28,911 bases of DNA from a bacterium (GTDB lineage Bacteria > Krumholzibacteriota > Krumholzibacteriia > G020349025), in the NCBI GenBank assembly GCA_031362565.1, contig JANLSU010000075.1:1-28911 (forward strand). The letters run 5' to 3'. Shown here piece by piece: positions 25,977 to 28,911 of this stretch. The notes under the pieces are model-generated. The model did no database searches, had not been told where the DNA came from, and saw nothing but the letters and a program-made list of their open reading frames with translations. Positions within the stretch are counted from its first letter, which is position 1, and every line of letters begins with the position of its first letter. The position numbers and the translations under genes were made by a program.

Positions 25977-26780
25977 GTGGAGACGCACATCGCTGTTGTC
26001 GTACCTGTGTACAAGACACCGCTCCCCTACCTCACGGAGCTCGCCGTCTCGTTGGCGCGCGAGCCGGCGCCCGGCGACGTCGTGCTTTGGGTGGACGATG
26101 GATCTCCAGACCCGAGCGGATTCGACGCACTCGAGGCCCGCCTCCGCGGTCAACCCGCGCACCAGTTTCTGCGGCTCGGGCGGAACTTTGGGGTTGCGGG
26201 CGCCATGAACCTGGGGATCGCGGCCGTCCGCGACGCGGAGCTCATCATCACGATCGGTTCGGATGACGCCGTTCAGCCGGGCTATCTCGAGGCGGGGCGG
26301 GCTCTCTTCATGCGGCGCCTCGATCTTGAGATCGTCGTTCCTCGCATCCAGCTCTTCGGCGACGACGAGCGGATCATCGACCCGGGGCCGAACCCGTTTC
26401 GGTTCCACCGGATCCTCCGTGGCAACCGCATCCCCGCGGCGGCCATGTTCCGGCGCCGGCTTTGGGAGCGCCTCGGCGGTTTTGACGAGGACCTCCGAAT
26501 GAACTTCGAAGACTGGGACTTTTGGGTTCGCGCCAAACTCGCCGGTGCGCCGTTCGCCCGACTCCACGTCGTGGGCATCCGCTACCGGGTCCGCGCCGAC
26601 AGTATCTCTCGCGCTATTCCGCGGGGCCGCGCCCGAACGCGGCTCTGGGCCCGTTGGCTCGTGCCGATCCTGCGATCGGTTTTCGCCCTACGGCCGTGGC
26701 CGCTTCGGGCGCGACAGAACTCGGCAGTCACCGAGACCGGGCGGGCGCTCTCGAACGCGGTTCGCCCGCCCGCCCGCTAA
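25977..26780 (+). CDS. GT2 glycosyltransferase
   Basis: IAVVVPVY, VDDGSPD, NFGVAGAMNLG, GSDD and GGFDEDL...FEDWDFWVR. GAGGAG RBS before GTG 25977. Confidence 0.88.
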   Translation: METHIAVVVPVYKTPLPYLTELAVSLAREPAPGDVVLWVDDGSPDPSGFDALEARLRGQPAHQFLRLGRNFGVAGAMNLGIAAVRDAELIITIGSDDAVQPGYLEAGRALFMRRLDLEIVVPRIQLFGDDERIIDPGPNPFRFHRILRGNRIPAAAMFRRRLWERLGGFDEDLRMNFEDWDFWVRAKLAGAPFARLHVVGIRYRVRADSISRAIPRGRARTRLWARWLVPILRSVFALRPWPLRARQNSAVTETGRALSNAVRPPAR

Positions 26781-28213
26781 ACCTCTCTGCTGACCATCGA
26801 CTTCAACTCGCCCATCCGGATCAACCGCGCGCCAAGCACGAGCGCTGCGTAAACCGGCAGCACGATGGCTAGGTTCAAGACGAGATTGAACGATCGCAGC
26901 AGCCACATCAGAGCCACAAGTACGGCAACCACCGCTCCCAAGCGGGCCAACGAACGAAGCGACAGGGTCAGGGACATTTGCCGTCTACAAAGATAGAACG
27001 ACCCGGCCTGAACGATAAACTCGGTGGCCAGCGTCGTATACGCAGCGGCCATGTAGGAATACTCGGGAATCAACAGGACGTTCGCGACGATGTTAAACAC
27101 CGCTGCCACCAGGTAGACCGCAGTGAGCGCCCGCTGCTGGTTGAAAGCCAGCACCGTATAGGTAAAGAGTCCGGTAAAGTAACTTAGCAACACGGCAAAG
27201 GCCAGGACTCGCAGGGGAGCGGCCGAAGCGGCAAACTGGGCACCGCCAATCAGCAGCACGATCTTGTCGGCCAGCATGTACACCATTGCGGTAATGGGGA
27301 GGCCCGCTAGTGCGAGTAGATCAAATGCGCGCTGCAGCAGCGCAGGCAGGCGCTGGTCCTTTGTGGCCACGAACGTGGTGATCACCGGAAAAAGGCTGCC
27401 GACAAAAATACCAGGTACGATAAGCAGCAGCTCCAACACCTTGTAGGCGACGCCGTACAGGCCGACTTGGGCTTCGTTCGCCAGGCCGTGGTGGAGAGGC
27501 AAGATAGACAGCAGCACCTGGTCGACCTTGAAGTACACCAAGGTGAGAATGGAAGTAATGCCGATCGGCAGGGACTGGCGCAGGACTTGTCTCCAACGCG
27601 CCAGGTTGAAGCCGATACGGAACGGCACGAAGCGGCGGGCATAGGCATAGGTCGCCAGCACGTTCACGACGGAGCCGGCGGTAAGGGCCAGCATCGCCCA
27701 GAGCACACCCCGGTGGGCGGCCATGGCAGCGACAGTAATTCCCAAGAGCACCAGGCGGCCGACAACATCGGTGAGCACGGCGTACTGCATCTTCAGCTGG
27801 GCTTGCAGCACGCTGACGAAAAGGGAGTTCACCGATTGCGCGAAGATGGACCAAAGCAAGATAGCGATGCCGGCCCGCACGGTATTCGAATACGGCAGGA
27901 TGAACATGGCAAGGTAGCCGAGGGCCACCACCGCCGCCGTGCTGGCCAGGCGCAAGCCGAACATGTTGCCGGCTTCGTTCGCCTCGTCCGCCTCCGGATG
28001 GCTCAGTCGTTTGATCAAGTAGACATTGACGCCGAGATCGGCGAATACGGCAAACAACTGGCAGTATGCCAGGGCGGCGGTGTACTGGCCGTAGGCCTCG
28101 CGGCCGAGCGCCCGCGTCACCAGCGCCGCCACTCCCAGGCTTGCCGCCGTAGTAAGAACTCTTCCAACCAGCTGGACAGCCGTGTTCTGGGAAATGCGGC
28201 GGGTTAGGCTCAT
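26777..28213 (-). CDS. wzx: Wzx-like polysaccharide flippase (MOP superfamily)
   Basis: MSLTRRISQNTAVQ, FADLG, YFKVDQVLLS, VGLYGVAYK and NVLLIPEYSYMAAAYTT; polytopic membrane protein. Confidence 0.9.
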   Translation of the reverse strand: MSLTRRISQNTAVQLVGRVLTTAASLGVAALVTRALGREAYGQYTAALAYCQLFAVFADLGVNVYLIKRLSHPEADEANEAGNMFGLRLASTAAVVALGYLAMFILPYSNTVRAGIAILLWSIFAQSVNSLFVSVLQAQLKMQYAVLTDVVGRLVLLGITVAAMAAHRGVLWAMLALTAGSVVNVLATYAYARRFVPFRIGFNLARWRQVLRQSLPIGITSILTLVYFKVDQVLLSILPLHHGLANEAQVGLYGVAYKVLELLLIVPGIFVGSLFPVITTFVATKDQRLPALLQRAFDLLALAGLPITAMVYMLADKIVLLIGGAQFAASAAPLRVLAFAVLLSYFTGLFTYTVLAFNQQRALTAVYLVAAVFNIVANVLLIPEYSYMAAAYTTLATEFIVQAGSFYLCRRQMSLTLSLRSLARLGAVVAVLVALMWLLRSFNLVLNLAIVLPVYAALVLGARLIRMGELKSMVSREV

Positions 28214-28311
28214 GTCAGAGGTCGCCGCCGAGCGGCAGGAGGTCGAGCATCGAGTCCCTCTTTGCCGGCTTTCCGCCCCGCCCGCGAAGCCCGTGGGTTG
28301 GGGCTGATTAG

Positions 28312-28545
28312 CCCGGAGTATTCACAATGTTGACGACGAAAAAGCCTCCGCGTGCTAGAAACAGTGTGTCTAAAGCACGTTTCAGCACGACAGGAGGCTT
28401 TCTCTTGGGTACGAATCCTACGACAGAGTGTGTTCTGTTTCCAGAGCTTTTTCGGCGACCGATTTTGGTGCGGTTTGACGAGCGTCGATGACGTCAGATG
28501 GCGGTCTTCCGCTCCTGAAGGCCGTAGACGAGAAGCTCGGGCTGC
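28312..28545 (+). mobile_element. IS1380-family insertion sequence remnant (left end + frameshifted transposase N-terminus)
   Basis: TTG 28405 reads MGTNPTTECVLFPELFRRPILVRFDERR* and, after a frameshift at ~28488, MTSDGGLPLLKAVDEKLGL, matching the IS1380 N-terminal pattern F-D-x-x-x-(L/M)-T-S-D-G-G-L-x-L-L...D-x-x-L-G-L (recognised from memory of the family). Preceded by a GGAGG-sequestering hairpin and a candidate left end CCCGGAGTATTCA after TTAG. Confidence 0.7.
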
Positions 28546-28792
28546 AAAAAATTGCCGGGCCGACGTTCATCTTCGCTCCAGGATCGAGCTGGTGCCTCAC
28601 AGCGCGTTGCACGCGCCGGGCGCCGGGGCTGCGCAGTGGAGAATGAACCGTACGCGTTCAGCAGTCCGCGCGTCGTTGTTCGAAGCCTCGTTTGACCCGC
28701 CTCGAGCAAGAACCCGGTGCGACGCGCTGCGGTCGGTCGCTGCCCCGCGGTGCGCTTCGGCGCGGATCGGATCCGCTTCCGAGTAGGAGCAC

Positions 28793-28911
28793 GTCTTCGG
28801 GGGTGTGGGGCCCCCCCCCCCGGGTTTAAGGGGGCGCGCCGGCCAAATTTAGCGCGGAGCGCGCGGCGCGGCCCCGGGGGGGGGTGTGGGGGGGGGGGCC
28901 CCACCCCCCCA
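28793..28911 (-). repeat. Palindromic repeat, copy 3 (inverted, truncated by the window end, degraded by homopolymer runs)
   Basis: GGAGCAC-GTCTTCGGGGGTGTGGGGCCC... is the reverse complement of the copy 1/2 right arm plus tail. GCGCGGAGCGCGCGGCGCGGCCC matches the internal core. Confidence 0.75.

Noticed and set aside
28352..28786. 144-aa ORF in the ORF track
   Set aside because: It runs across the IS leader hairpin in a different frame from the first transposase-like peptide and shows no protein-like motifs.
1..28911. Whole window as a composite transposon or linear replicon bounded by terminal inverted repeats
   Set aside because: The cargo is housekeeping (acs, pepN, dat), there is no intact transposase or replication gene, and a third internal copy shows the repeat is dispersed. 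Assembly breakage at the repeat is the simpler explanation.
28801..28911. G/C homopolymer runs as G-quadruplex or phase-variable tract
   Set aside because: They align to the repeat consensus with bases collapsed to G/C at the sequence end, which is typical of low-quality read tails.

Overview
High-GC bacterial chromosomal segment with Gram-negative envelope genes. The lineage cannot be fixed from sequence alone; an FCB-related candidate phylum is only a guess. Left half: Asp-box beta-propeller, a tandem HtrA pair (one catalytically intact, one with all three triad residues replaced), OmpA-family lipoprotein, D-amino-acid aminotransferase, a SelW/Rdx-family selenoprotein missed by the ORF track (in-frame TGA in CxxU plus SECIS-like hairpin), GDPD, M1 aminopeptidase, LMW-PTP, PfkB kinase and acetyl-CoA synthetase. 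Right half: a fragmented surface-polysaccharide region (three Wzx-like flippases, one truncated and apparently fused to another gene's tail; two GT2; two GT4; a Wzz-like co-polymerase) interleaved with Smr, [2Fe-2S] ferredoxin, HAD, CAP-domain and beta-barrel genes, and ending in an IS1380-family remnant. A 122-bp palindromic repeat (GTCTTC...GAAGAC) occurs three times, including at both window ends. A separate 147-bp branched palindromic element lies between the HtrA pair and ompA. No rRNA, tRNA or CRISPR was seen. Many start codons were re-assigned from RBS or translational-coupling evidence.
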